Positions 17,404 to 26,719 of a stretch of DNA of 64,000 bases are shown here, piece by piece. How positions within the stretch are numbered: the stretch's first letter is position 1; each line of letters begins with the position of its first letter. The notes under the pieces were generated by a model that worked only from the letters and a program-made list of their open reading frames with translations, was not told the origin of the DNA and did not search any database. This stretch comes from Candidatus Latescibacterota bacterium. GTDB lineage: Bacteria > Latescibacterota > UBA2968 > UBA8231. The stretch lies in NCBI GenBank assembly GCA_965197905.1, contig CBDAOB010000005.1, forward strand, positions 1,856,001 to 1,920,000, in the 5' to 3' direction. The position numbers were made by a program, and so were the translations under genes.

Positions 17404-18609
17404 TCAGGTCTCGACGCCGGGCGCTCTGGACTCCAGAGACCACCACATCCATGCCGCAGTCGCCACAAAGAGCACCGACGTCGAATAGAATGCGGCGGGA
17501 AAACCGTAGGCCGCACCTAGATTGGCACCAACGACCGGTCCGATGGCAAAACCGAACGCACCGGCGCTCGTCGTAATACCGAACGCTTTACCGCGATTAT
17601 CCGCCCGCACGATGTCCGCAATCATGACGTTCGCCAGCGGCCGAATCGCTCCAAACGCGACTCCCCCCAGAACAGTAACGATTGCGAGGCTGTCAACGGT
17701 CGCAGCACTTCCCTGGGCAGCCAGAAAAATCCCGGTTCCCAACAACGCGCAGATCATGGTCTTCTTGGCCCCGAATCGGGTGGTCCATTTTCCGGCAAGA
17801 AGGGAGGCGCCGGCGCTGGTCAAACCCCGCAGCGCAAATACAAGCCCGGCCACTGCAACGACGTTGGCGCCCCCGGCAAGCTGCTGCAGGTAGAGTGGCA
17901 ACACGGGCATGACAAAACCGAAAGAGAATTGAATAAACACCATGCCGACAAGCAGAATTCCGAACGACCTGCTATTCAACAGGCGACGACTGTCGCGAAC
18001 GAAGCTGCCGGGACCTTTCTGTGGAATCGAATCATCGGACTTGGAATCGTCCCTTATCTTCAGCTGGACGGCCAATCCAGCCGCTATCACCGTCGCGCCT
18101 GCCAAAACGAAGCAGCTTTGAAACCCCCATTTCTCTATCAGAGGTCCTCCGATCAGAGGACCCAGTGAAGCCCCGAGCATAATCGCCGCCTGCATCAAAC
18201 CCATGGCATAACCCAGTTCCGATCTAGGGGCAGCTTTGGATACCAGAATGACACAGGCAGTCACGCTGCCGGCCATCATGCCGTGAAATATGCGGGCGGC
18301 AAACAGCTGCTCGACGGTTGTGGCCTGGCTCATGAGTAGAACCGCGATACCCCCGCCGACCATGGAACGCACGACCATCGGCTTGGCACCGAAGCGATCC
18401 GCCATGTATCCCCACACCGGCGCGAATAGTGCCATTGCGAGCCCCCCCGCCGTTTCCATATACCCCGACCATATCAGCGCCTCCGACAGTTCGGTGATAC
18501 CAAACTGCTGTATGTAGTAGGGTAGGAACGGTTGCACCGCCTGAAACCCGACGAGGGCGACGGTCTCCACCACTAACAACAGGTAGAAATTTTGTTTCCA
18601 GGAATTCAT
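17404..18609 (-). CDS. MFS transporter (DHA1/MdtG-like)
   Basis: About 12 TMs, WGYMADRFGAKPM motif A, GPLIGG, RGKAFG; start at ATG 18609 or 18618. Confidence 0.9.
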   Translation of the reverse strand: MNSWKQNFYLLLVVETVALVGFQAVQPFLPYYIQQFGITELSEALIWSGYMETAGGLAMALFAPVWGYMADRFGAKPMVVRSMVGGGIAVLLMSQATTVEQLFAARIFHGMMAGSVTACVILVSKAAPRSELGYAMGLMQAAIMLGASLGPLIGGPLIEKWGFQSCFVLAGATVIAAGLAVQLKIRDDSKSDDSIPQKGPGSFVRDSRRLLNSRSFGILLVGMVFIQFSFGFVMPVLPLYLQQLAGGANVVAVAGLVFALRGLTSAGASLLAGKWTTRFGAKKTMICALLGTGIFLAAQGSAATVDSLAIVTVLGGVAFGAIRPLANVMIADIVRADNRGKAFGITTSAGAFGFAIGPVVGANLGAAYGFPAAFYSTSVLFVATAAWMWWSLESRAPGVET

Positions 18610-18620
18610 CGACAACATTG

Positions 18621-18652
18621 AAAAAGGGCGGTCCCACACCGGAGACCACCCC
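18621..18652 (-). terminator. Intrinsic terminator downstream of the PfkB kinase
   Basis: Minus strand GGGGTGGTCTC-CGGTGT-GGGACCGCCC followed by TTTTT. Confidence 0.65.
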
Positions 18653-18676
18653 CACGCTCTGCAAAGGCATAAGGAT

Positions 18677-19810
18677 TCAACGAAGGGCTGAAACGCCACC
18701 TCCCTTGAGGGCCCTGTCCACTTCCTTCTCCACATCTTTCTGTGTTACCATACTCGTATCGCCCGGAGTCTCCTGCACGAGGATGCCATGGGTCGCTCCC
18801 CACTGTACCGCAACATCCAGATCCCGTCCCTGAAGAAGTGCAGCAATTACGCCCGCCGCGAACGAATCCCCTCCGCCTGTGCGGTCGGCGATTTCTATCC
18901 CCTCCCGTACGGTTGCCTGGTGCACTCTATCGCGTTCGACGTCATACAGTACGGCACCCCAGTTGATGCGATCGGCGCTGAGGGCACCGCGAAGCTGTGT
19001 GCCGATAAGCTTGAGGTTGGGGAATTCGGTGGACACCGCTTTGAGTGTGCCGACGTACGCCTCGAGCCACTGGTCAAACCCCGACTCTGTGCTTGGCGGC
19101 TGAACGTCGAATCCCAGAGCATCGCAGAAATCATCCTGATTGCCCAGCAGAAAATCCACATTCGGCACGATCCCCCGGTTGATCTCTCGCGCCTTCTCCT
19201 TGTCGGGTTCCACCTTCGATCGGTAGTTAAGATCGAAGGAGCGACGCGTACCATGTCTTGCTGCCGCCTCCATAGCTTCTTTGGCAAGACCTGCGGTTTT
19301 GGCGGACAAGAGGGTGTAGATTCCGCCGGTGCTGAACCAGCGCACGCCCAGATCTCCGAAAAGGTAATCCCAGTCCACATCCCCCGGACCCACCTCGCGC
19401 ACCGGAGTGTGTGCTCTGTAGTACTCCGTAACCGAAGGCAACACCCCCTTCCCGGCCCAGGTAAAGTTTATGCCGTTGTGAAGGGTGCCTTTGCCGTCGG
19501 TGCACCAGTCCCCCACGCCGCCTGTGTCGAACCAGATAATATGGTCGGTGGCGACGCCCGCCTCGCGCAGTTGATTCTCGACGTTTCTGCCGATCCCGTC
19601 ATCGACCAATGCCGTAACCACAGCAGTGCGCATCCCGAATGCGCTGCTCAACCCTTCTGCGACGTTAGTTTCCCCTCCGCCATGCCAGATTCGTGCGGTT
19701 CGGGCGCGCGCCGTCGGAACATCCCCGGGGTCGATCCGCAGCAATACCTCGCCCAAAGCGATGGCATCAAACCGGCACTCCGGAGCCTTGCGAAGGTGTA
19801 AAACACCCAT
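18677..19810 (-). CDS. PfkB family sugar kinase, 2-keto-3-deoxygluconate kinase-like
   Basis: LGEVLLR, GGGETNVA, FDLNYRS, DRTGGGDSFAAG, TPGD. Confidence 0.88.
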   Translation of the reverse strand: MGVLHLRKAPECRFDAIALGEVLLRIDPGDVPTARARTARIWHGGGETNVAEGLSSAFGMRTAVVTALVDDGIGRNVENQLREAGVATDHIIWFDTGGVGDWCTDGKGTLHNGINFTWAGKGVLPSVTEYYRAHTPVREVGPGDVDWDYLFGDLGVRWFSTGGIYTLLSAKTAGLAKEAMEAAARHGTRRSFDLNYRSKVEPDKEKAREINRGIVPNVDFLLGNQDDFCDALGFDVQPPSTESGFDQWLEAYVGTLKAVSTEFPNLKLIGTQLRGALSADRINWGAVLYDVERDRVHQATVREGIEIADRTGGGDSFAAGVIAALLQGRDLDVAVQWGATHGILVQETPGDTSMVTQKDVEKEVDRALKGGGVSALR

Positions 19811-19813
19811 CTG

Positions 19814-20689
19814 CTAACTGCTTCTCCTAATGGGTACCGACCTGCCGTTGCTCGCCAGCGATTTTTCCAAGGCCTGTAGCGCGGCGACCGGACCGAGCAT
19901 CGAATTCTCCGTCTCGTCGGTGCGCCCGGTGTTGAATGTCTTGACGAATGCCCGTATGCCCGAAAGGTATGGACTCTCGTCGAACTCGATCACCTGGTCG
20001 GCGCGACCCCGCTCCCCGACGGCACTCAAGTGGAATTCGGCTTCTCTCCCACCCACCAGATTGAAGCAGGCCATCTCTCCTCCTTTGAAACCCAGATTTG
20101 CCACATGGGTGTTACCGCGCCCCCGAGTGAGTCGTGCGAAGCTCAAGTCGTATCCCAAAAGGCGCAACGCCATGTCCACCTGATGGATGCCGTAGAAGAA
20201 AATACCTCCCCAAGGCGAACGGATTTCACAAGGCCCCGTGGCTACTACCAGCCTTAGCCGGCCCAGCCTGCGCACCTTGCTGGTGAAATCCTTGAAAGCC
20301 CTTTGATGAGGCAGCGTCGAGAACGAGCTTACCGGTACGGCCAGCTCGTGCGCCCGCTTCAAGAATCTTCGCCCTTCGGCCACGCGATAGCAGAAGGGTT
20401 TGTCGACAAAGAGAGGCAGCTTCGCCTCGAGCAACGGTCTCGCCGCAGGCAGATGATGTTTAGCGTGTCTATGGTCGACGACGACGGCGTCTACGGCGCC
20501 GATCAGATCGATCGGTGAACGCACGATATGCGGAATATCACCTTCCGCTGCCGCGCGTTTCGCATACACGTCACGTTCGCCCCACACGTGAGTGACCCGC
20601 GCGCCTCGAACCCTGGCCTCGCGATTCACCACCCTTGCTATGGCGGCCGTGTGGCTGTTTTCCGCCCCGACGATTCCGATGTTGATCAA
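19814..20689 (-). CDS. Gfo/Idh/MocA family oxidoreductase
   Basis: IGIVGAENSH, FVDKP, FFYGIHQVD; start at TTG 20689. Confidence 0.85.
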   Translation of the reverse strand: MINIGIVGAENSHTAAIARVVNREARVRGARVTHVWGERDVYAKRAAAEGDIPHIVRSPIDLIGAVDAVVVDHRHAKHHLPAARPLLEAKLPLFVDKPFCYRVAEGRRFLKRAHELAVPVSSFSTLPHQRAFKDFTSKVRRLGRLRLVVATGPCEIRSPWGGIFFYGIHQVDMALRLLGYDLSFARLTRGRGNTHVANLGFKGGEMACFNLVGGREAEFHLSAVGERGRADQVIEFDESPYLSGIRAFVKTFNTGRTDETENSMLGPVAALQALEKSLASNGRSVPIRRSS

Positions 20690-20840
20690 CGCCCTACGCT
20701 TTCTCCAAAGACCAGATCGACAAGGCGGTTTTTCCAAGAACCCAAATTTCCGGAGTGCGATCGTGTTTCGGAGGATGGGGGGTTCTCCTTCCATACGTGG
20801 ACGTGGAGATCAACTATTTGCATTTCGGTTCCCTCAGGGC

Positions 20841-22667
20841 TCACCGGCGGATATAACGCGAGGCGTAAGAGCGGACCGCCTTGCCGTTTAGAACGTGAAA
20901 CCTCCGCAACCGATCGATAGTCGCACCTGAGAACCTCTTCAAAGGCAGATACACCAGCTGGCGTTTGCTCTGCCGAGCCAAATGCCTCCATCTGGAACGG
21001 GGTGGCACCGGAGAGACCAAGACCACCCGGCGTTCCCTGGAATGCAGCAACGCAGCCACCAGCAGATGTTCTTCCAGCGACCTGGCGTGGGCAAACCTCG
21101 GATCGTGCCAGATGTCCGGAATCGGGCGCGGAGGAAACATGAAGAAACATCCTCCGTATCGGGCTTGACCAATGCCCGGTCCCACGAGGTTGTCGCGAAA
21201 TGGCGTTGCGAAAAACGCTAGAGTGGATTCCTCCTCATGTTCGGCGAACCAGGTGCCGCGCCAGCGGTAGATCTCTTCGTCTGCCGGTGAATCGAATATG
21301 AAAACGACCACCTCTACATTCCCGGTGGTTGCAGGGATCTCCCGCACGTATAGATCTCCCGTATGCCAGTTCCGCAGCGACTCGCGGACGTCGAGCCCGT
21401 CCTTCAAGGAAGAGGTGAACTTTTCAGTGCGAGCGAGATCCTCCCCCATGAGCAACCTCGCCTGCTCACGCACGTGTTGCTGAAAGTTCTCAATGCGATG
21501 GTCCTCCGGGGGATAGGAACATTGGGTAAAAGGATCCCACTGGAGCTCCCAGTTTCGCCGTTTGGGAGCCGGAGGTGTAGGCCGTAGTGGAAGCTTGCGC
21601 CAGATGCGTGGAATACCCTCCAATCGGTTCTTGCAGGGCTTGGGATTTCCCTCGGCGTCGACCAGCTTGCCGTCGCCCATACGCAATTCCTCGACCTCGC
21701 TGGGGAGAAGCTGGGCTGGGTATTCCCGTGAAGCTTCCACCACCGCCAATGCGTAGTCGTCGTCCACGACCTGCTTGGCGGCGAGGGCCAGGTTGTAAAG
21801 ATCCGGGGCCAGCCGCCCATCCAGTACCGTCAGGTTTCGCAGGTAGGTCAGCAGTTGCGACAAACGCTGGGGAGTAAGACGATCCCGTTCCTCAGCCAGG
21901 TAGTCCCGGGCCCGGAGCAGCAGACTCTTGACGCCGTCGATCGATTGAGATTCGTCGGCCAGGAGCTCAGCTCTGCGGTGCTCGTATATCTGGGTAATGA
22001 AGGGTAACTCTCCGAGAACAAAGCAGAGACTCTCCGTCGCCGCCCGAAACATCTGCGGCATGCCAGCCCCCGGTTCGTGTTTCTGGAAGGGGAGACGCTC
22101 CATATAGGCGCTGCGAATCCAGGGCCAGTCCGGGGCCGAACAGACCAGCACGATGCACTCGTACTCCAGCTCCAGAACATGCAGTTCGTGCGCCATTCTG
22201 GCGATCCGACGCAACCGTTGGCCCTCCTCGGGTGCCGGCAAGGTGGCCACCAAAGCTGTTAAGAACTTTTCAAGAGGCAGTTTCGCCAGAGCATACGGAT
22301 CCGGAATATTGACACTCTCGGATTCGTAGTCCGCGACCTCCAGGTCGATGTAGGCGCGATCCAGACCGGAATCCATCGCCTCGCGAATCGCGGCGATAAC
22401 TGCCTGACACGGATCTACAGGTACGTAGTTACAGGATCCGACCGGCGTGGCTTCCTCCTGCAAGACCACCGAAATCTGGGGCAGCAGACCGACCGCCTCC
22501 TCTACCGGTGCTGCAAAGGAGGGCGGCAACGCTACTGCCAGGCAATCACAATTGGCTCGTTTGAGCCGCTTCCTGGTCTCCCTGGCGAACTCGGCGCTCC
22601 CGTGGACGACCGGAAGCACGGCCACGCGATCACTGAAATCGAGAACGGGATCATGAAGCTTGGTCAT
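20841..22667 (-). CDS. Large uncharacterised MoxR-associated protein (TraB/ChaN-like N-terminus, possible degenerate vWA-like C-terminus)
   Basis: About 608-aa ORF overlapping the ATPase stop; LPVVHGS..CLAVALP, RMAHEL..IVLVC, and [18 protein letters not shown]. Confidence 0.75.
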   Translation of the reverse strand: MTKLHDPVLDFSDRVAVLPVVHGSAEFARETRKRLKRANCDCLAVALPPSFAAPVEEAVGLLPQISVVLQEEATPVGSCNYVPVDPCQAVIAAIREAMDSGLDRAYIDLEVADYESESVNIPDPYALAKLPLEKFLTALVATLPAPEEGQRLRRIARMAHELHVLELEYECIVLVCSAPDWPWIRSAYMERLPFQKHEPGAGMPQMFRAATESLCFVLGELPFITQIYEHRRAELLADESQSIDGVKSLLLRARDYLAEERDRLTPQRLSQLLTYLRNLTVLDGRLAPDLYNLALAAKQVVDDDYALAVVEASREYPAQLLPSEVEELRMGDGKLVDAEGNPKPCKNRLEGIPRIWRKLPLRPTPPAPKRRNWELQWDPFTQCSYPPEDHRIENFQQHVREQARLLMGEDLARTEKFTSSLKDGLDVRESLRNWHTGDLYVREIPATTGNVEVVVFIFDSPADEEIYRWRGTWFAEHEEESTLAFFATPFRDNLVGPGIGQARYGGCFFMFPPRPIPDIWHDPRFAHARSLEEHLLVAALLHSRERRVVLVSPVPPRSRWRHLARQSKRQLVYLPLKRFSGATIDRLRRFHVLNGKAVRSYASRYIRR

Positions 22668-23604
22668 CTTCGCCGCCGGGATGCAACGGATCGTCCTCGT
22701 CGAAGAAAAAATCCTGCATCTCCATCGCTGAAAAATCGGCTCCCATGTTACGCTGTCGGGCGCCCGCCAATTCTTCGAGGTTGACTGCTTCTTCGCCAAG
22801 CACTCGAATCAGGGATTCCTTCCAAGCCTCGTCCCGGGCAACAGGGTGATCTACCTGTTGAGAGATCCGTTTCAGTGCGAACCGGACGATGTTGATGCCG
22901 TCCCGAGGTGAAAATTCGAGGTCGAGAGCGTGGGCCTTTTGCAGGAAATCGACCGTAAGCCCGAGGATTTCCTCTTCGGCAAAAGGCAGATGGTAACGCA
23001 TGATCGCCAATTCGTCGGCCCGGTTGGGAAACCCCAACTCAAGGGTCGGCTGCAGACGCGACAGGATGTAGTCGGGAACCTCATAGGTGGATTCGTCATC
23101 GTTCATGGTCACGCAACAGCGAAACGAGTCGTGCGCCGGGAGCGTAATACCAGCTACTACCGACTCCACATACCTGCGGTGATCGAGCAGAGGGGCGAGT
23201 GAAGCCCAGCTCTTCTCGTTCATGCGATTCCCTTCATCCACTACGCATACCCCTCCCGTGAGCATGGCCGACACCAACGGAGACGCGTGGTAAGCAATCT
23301 TTCCGCTCTCAGCCAGCACCGGCGTTATGAGCAGGTCCTCCGGTCGGGTGTCACTGGTGGCCTGGTAGATGTATAATGGCTGCGACCGGCGCCGTGCTCC
23401 GGCCATAGCCAAAGTCGTCTTGCCAATTCCGGGTGGACCGATGAGCCTGGGAGATAGGGGCAGGTCTTTTTCATCCAGAACCAGCCAACAGGCCAGCAAC
23501 TCGTGAAGGGAGGTGCTCTGGCCGATCCACTCTTCGTCGGATTCGACGGGTGGGCTCAGCTGCAAGACAACCCCGTCCACTTCGATCTGTCTAGATGCGT
23601 TCAT
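22651..23604 (-). CDS. MoxR-type AAA+ ATPase
   Basis: Walker A GPPGIGKT, Walker B CVVDEGNR, sensor TMN, LSRL, SPRD. Confidence 0.9.
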   Translation of the reverse strand: MNASRQIEVDGVVLQLSPPVESDEEWIGQSTSLHELLACWLVLDEKDLPLSPRLIGPPGIGKTTLAMAGARRRSQPLYIYQATSDTRPEDLLITPVLAESGKIAYHASPLVSAMLTGGVCVVDEGNRMNEKSWASLAPLLDHRRYVESVVAGITLPAHDSFRCCVTMNDDESTYEVPDYILSRLQPTLELGFPNRADELAIMRYHLPFAEEEILGLTVDFLQKAHALDLEFSPRDGINIVRFALKRISQQVDHPVARDEAWKESLIRVLGEEAVNLEELAGARQRNMGADFSAMEMQDFFFDEDDPLHPGGEDDQAS

Positions 23605-23714
23605 ACCTCGATGGGAAACAGATGGGACTGGAACTGTGGGAACCACCCGGGGGAAGCGCTTGGACGGCCCCGGAATTTATGCTTTTTGTCGAGCCGGCTC
23701 AAGCGCCGCCGAAC

Positions 23715-25283
23715 CTAGGATGGCCGTATCGTGCTGGCTCCCGAGCCAGGGACGACACCCAATCCTGACGCCGGTATCTGGATTCCCAGGTCCTCCTCCA
23801 GGTAGCGACCCAATGCTGGGATGCTGGATCGCTCCACCAGACCCCCGATGCTGCCACCCCATCCCGCTCCGAGCCGCTGGACAGCTCCAGCGCTGTTGCC
23901 GGCCGAGCAACCGAGAAAAGCGTTCACCTTCGCTGCGACTCGATCGTAGGCCGGAGTCATTCTCCCGTAGCCACCCGGTTGATAGCAGAGGGCGCACTCG
24001 TCGGGACCTAGGTGTGATCGCTCCATTAGATCTTCAATCTCTTCATTGGTGAGATCAACGTCCCCTTCCCCGCGGTGAGAGATGCGTATGAGATCCAGTA
24101 CCCGCTTGACGTTTCCGTCTCGCAGGAATGCGAATGACTTGTTAACCCTATCGTGCTCAGCAATACCAAACAACGTGCGTCGACGCAGATACAGTGGGGT
24201 ATCGAACCCGATCGCCGGAAAGGGATCGCGAATAGCCTCTTCGAAAAATCTCCGAAACGCAGACTGGGCGCCCGCCTGCCGAGCCTTGCGCTCAATCTTG
24301 GCTAACGTCGTTTCGCGAGGTAGCTGCAGCAACAACGTATATATCGCTTCCAACCCGAGATCCAACTCACCGAACAGATCTCCCAGATCAAGTATCGTTT
24401 GCGTTGCGCCAGGTGTTATCCCGGCGAACGCCGGCTCATTCAGCAGTCCCGGCAGGATAACATGGCGAATCAGGAACAGACTCAGCGGGTATGCCGCTGC
24501 GGATTCCTGCTTGCAGATGTCGTCGTAGATTCGCTCTACACCGCTGTCGAAGACGACAGCAGCATAGTTTGACGGCATGGCCGTCTGGCCAAGATTCCGG
24601 GTGGGCAAAGCACCGATGCAGACGAGTGCACCCTTTTCGGCGTATATCATGGTCCCGTGGTCAGCGGTTCCTCCGCGGGTACCGCAGAGCCACTCAGACG
24701 AACCAATTCCATCGATGAGCTCTCCCATGTCCAGCTCGACCCACGGATCCCAACCCTGGGCGGCCATACAAGCGATCGCAATCGACACAACCAGTGCAGA
24801 TGAGGAACTCATGCCGCCTATCGGGGGGACATTGCTCCAGACCAGCAAATCGAGACCCTTAATGGGCCGAATGTCTCGAAAGTAGCTTTCGAGGAAAATC
24901 AGCACACCGAGAGGCAATAGCTCCCACTGGGAGGTGAGGGTGTCGGTCGTTGAGCGGGCGTTACAGACATCGACGGCATATCGTTTGAAGCGCTCGGGGG
25001 TCGCAACGCGATCATCTGGAATGCATTGTTCGAGATCGAACTGGGCTGGAGGAAACTCGGGATCGGTCCCTCCAGACTCGACCACGGATCGGATGCGAAC
25101 GGTGCCGTCCTGGCGCGGGCGCGCGAGCGTCACTGTTTCGAGCCCTTTGATGGCGAGCCTGAGAGAGGGCATGCCACCATAGTCGAGATGCATGCCCATC
25201 AGGTTCATTTGAGCTGGACACCTGCCGATTGCACAGGCGCCAGCGGCACCGTACTCCACCTCGAAGAGCGACAGGATATGCAA
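23715..25283 (-). CDS. GHMP kinase, galactokinase-like; true start probably further upstream
   Basis: PAQMNLMGMHLDY, SNVPPIGGMSSSSA and RLGAGWGG motifs. Confidence 0.8.
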   Translation of the reverse strand: MHILSLFEVEYGAAGACAIGRCPAQMNLMGMHLDYGGMPSLRLAIKGLETVTLARPRQDGTVRIRSVVESGGTDPEFPPAQFDLEQCIPDDRVATPERFKRYAVDVCNARSTTDTLTSQWELLPLGVLIFLESYFRDIRPIKGLDLLVWSNVPPIGGMSSSSALVVSIAIACMAAQGWDPWVELDMGELIDGIGSSEWLCGTRGGTADHGTMIYAEKGALVCIGALPTRNLGQTAMPSNYAAVVFDSGVERIYDDICKQESAAAYPLSLFLIRHVILPGLLNEPAFAGITPGATQTILDLGDLFGELDLGLEAIYTLLLQLPRETTLAKIERKARQAGAQSAFRRFFEEAIRDPFPAIGFDTPLYLRRRTLFGIAEHDRVNKSFAFLRDGNVKRVLDLIRISHRGEGDVDLTNEEIEDLMERSHLGPDECALCYQPGGYGRMTPAYDRVAAKVNAFLGCSAGNSAGAVQRLGAGWGGSIGGLVERSSIPALGRYLEEDLGIQIPASGLGVVPGSGASTIRPS

Positions 25284-25521
25284 GTATCTCCGTTGCCAAC
25301 GGCCTGCATCCGGCCCGTATACATCTGAAATTGCGGGAAACAGGTTGCCGCCGAGAAGCCGGCGCCAGGTTTGCGAGGAGGCGAGAAACCTGCCGCTAGG
25401 AATCGCCGGCCTCTGGCATGACGCTCGCTTCCACTAGCAATTCCACCGCCTCGAACCGATGCCGCTTATACCTAAATTGACCTGCCAGCACAGTCCCCCA
25501 ATCGGACACGAATCTCTGCGC

Positions 25522-26586
25522 TCATGGAATGAATCTGGTTTTGTCATCAACAGCGAGGACAAACTGGGAAAGCAGCTCGATGGTGTGCTCCAGGTCACGC
25601 AGATCGATAACCTCGACGGGAGTGTGCATGTAACGCAGTGCCACACCAACGAGCCCGGTAGCCACACCCGATCGGCTCAGCTGCATGGCGTTGGCATCGG
25701 TGCCTGTAGCACCGGGTTCCGCTTGAATCTGGTGGGGAATTTTCCTTTTCTCAGCAATCCCGATTAGTCTCTCGAAAACTACAGGATTGACATTCGCTCC
25801 ACGCGCAATCACCGGTCCTTTTCCCAATGCGAGATCGCCCACCTGCCGTTTGTCCACCTCCGGGTGATCCGTAGCGCAGGTTACGTCCAGCGCGATGCCC
25901 ACCAAGGGATTGATACCGTAGGTGCTGGTTTGCGCACCACGCAGTCCCACCTCTTCCTGTACCGTGGCCACTGAGTAGAGCGCTGCGCGCAACGGTTCCT
26001 TTGCTCGGGCGACCTCCCTCATCGTTTCGGCCACTATAAAAGCGCCCATCTTGTTGTCGAATCCCCGGGAGGTAGCCAGGTTGCGGCGCAGCATCTCGAA
26101 GCTCGGATCGTAGGTGACCGGATCGCCGATCGAAACCAGTTTGCGCGCTTCCTTGGCGTCCCGGGCACCGATATCGATCCACATCTCATGCTTCTCGGGT
26201 ACCTTTCTGCGTTCCTCGCTCCTCATGAGATGTATCGGCTTCTTGCCGACCACTCCCAAAATCGTACCTCGTTTGGTGTGAATCCTCACCTTGCGGCCGG
26301 ATATGGTTCCCAGATCAAATCCCCCTACGGTATCGAAGTGTAGAAAACCGCTATCGGCTATGTGGAGAATCTGAAAGCCCAATTCATCCATGTGTCCTGC
26401 CAACATGATGCGCGGCGTAGCTCCCCCATTCAACACGGCGATCGCGTTGCCGTGCACATCCACCGTGACCGAGTCGGCATGGCGCCCAGCTTCGGCGGTC
26501 CAGACGGAGCGTACCGGGCCCTCGTACCCCGATGGGCTTGGGGCGGTAACCAGATCCTTGAGAAATTTTACTGATGATTTCCGCAT
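25522..26586 (-). CDS. M42 family metallo-aminopeptidase
   Basis: SPSGYE, AGHMDE, FDNK, VQEEVGLRGA, GTDA, RYMHTPVE. Confidence 0.93.
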   Translation of the reverse strand: MRKSSVKFLKDLVTAPSPSGYEGPVRSVWTAEAGRHADSVTVDVHGNAIAVLNGGATPRIMLAGHMDELGFQILHIADSGFLHFDTVGGFDLGTISGRKVRIHTKRGTILGVVGKKPIHLMRSEERRKVPEKHEMWIDIGARDAKEARKLVSIGDPVTYDPSFEMLRRNLATSRGFDNKMGAFIVAETMREVARAKEPLRAALYSVATVQEEVGLRGAQTSTYGINPLVGIALDVTCATDHPEVDKRQVGDLALGKGPVIARGANVNPVVFERLIGIAEKRKIPHQIQAEPGATGTDANAMQLSRSGVATGLVGVALRYMHTPVEVIDLRDLEHTIELLSQFVLAVDDKTRFIP

Positions 26587-26719
26587 CCTTCTTCTTTCCT
26601 GAGGACGTGAGGGGTCCGAATCAGAGGTTCAGCCTGCCGCCCGGCGAGCAGACGAAGCGTTGCACTTGCGTGTTGCTTGTCGGCTCCAGCGGGCGATGCT
26701 AAGTTCCCGTGAGGCAATC

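Noticed and set aside
17361..18652. 9-bp inverted repeat GGGGTGGTC/GACCACCCC flanking the MFS gene, as possible mobile-element ends
   Set aside because: Each copy is an arm of its own local hairpin; no transposase or target duplication seen.
18788..19801. 337-aa plus-strand ORF
   Set aside because: Antisense shadow of the PfkB kinase.
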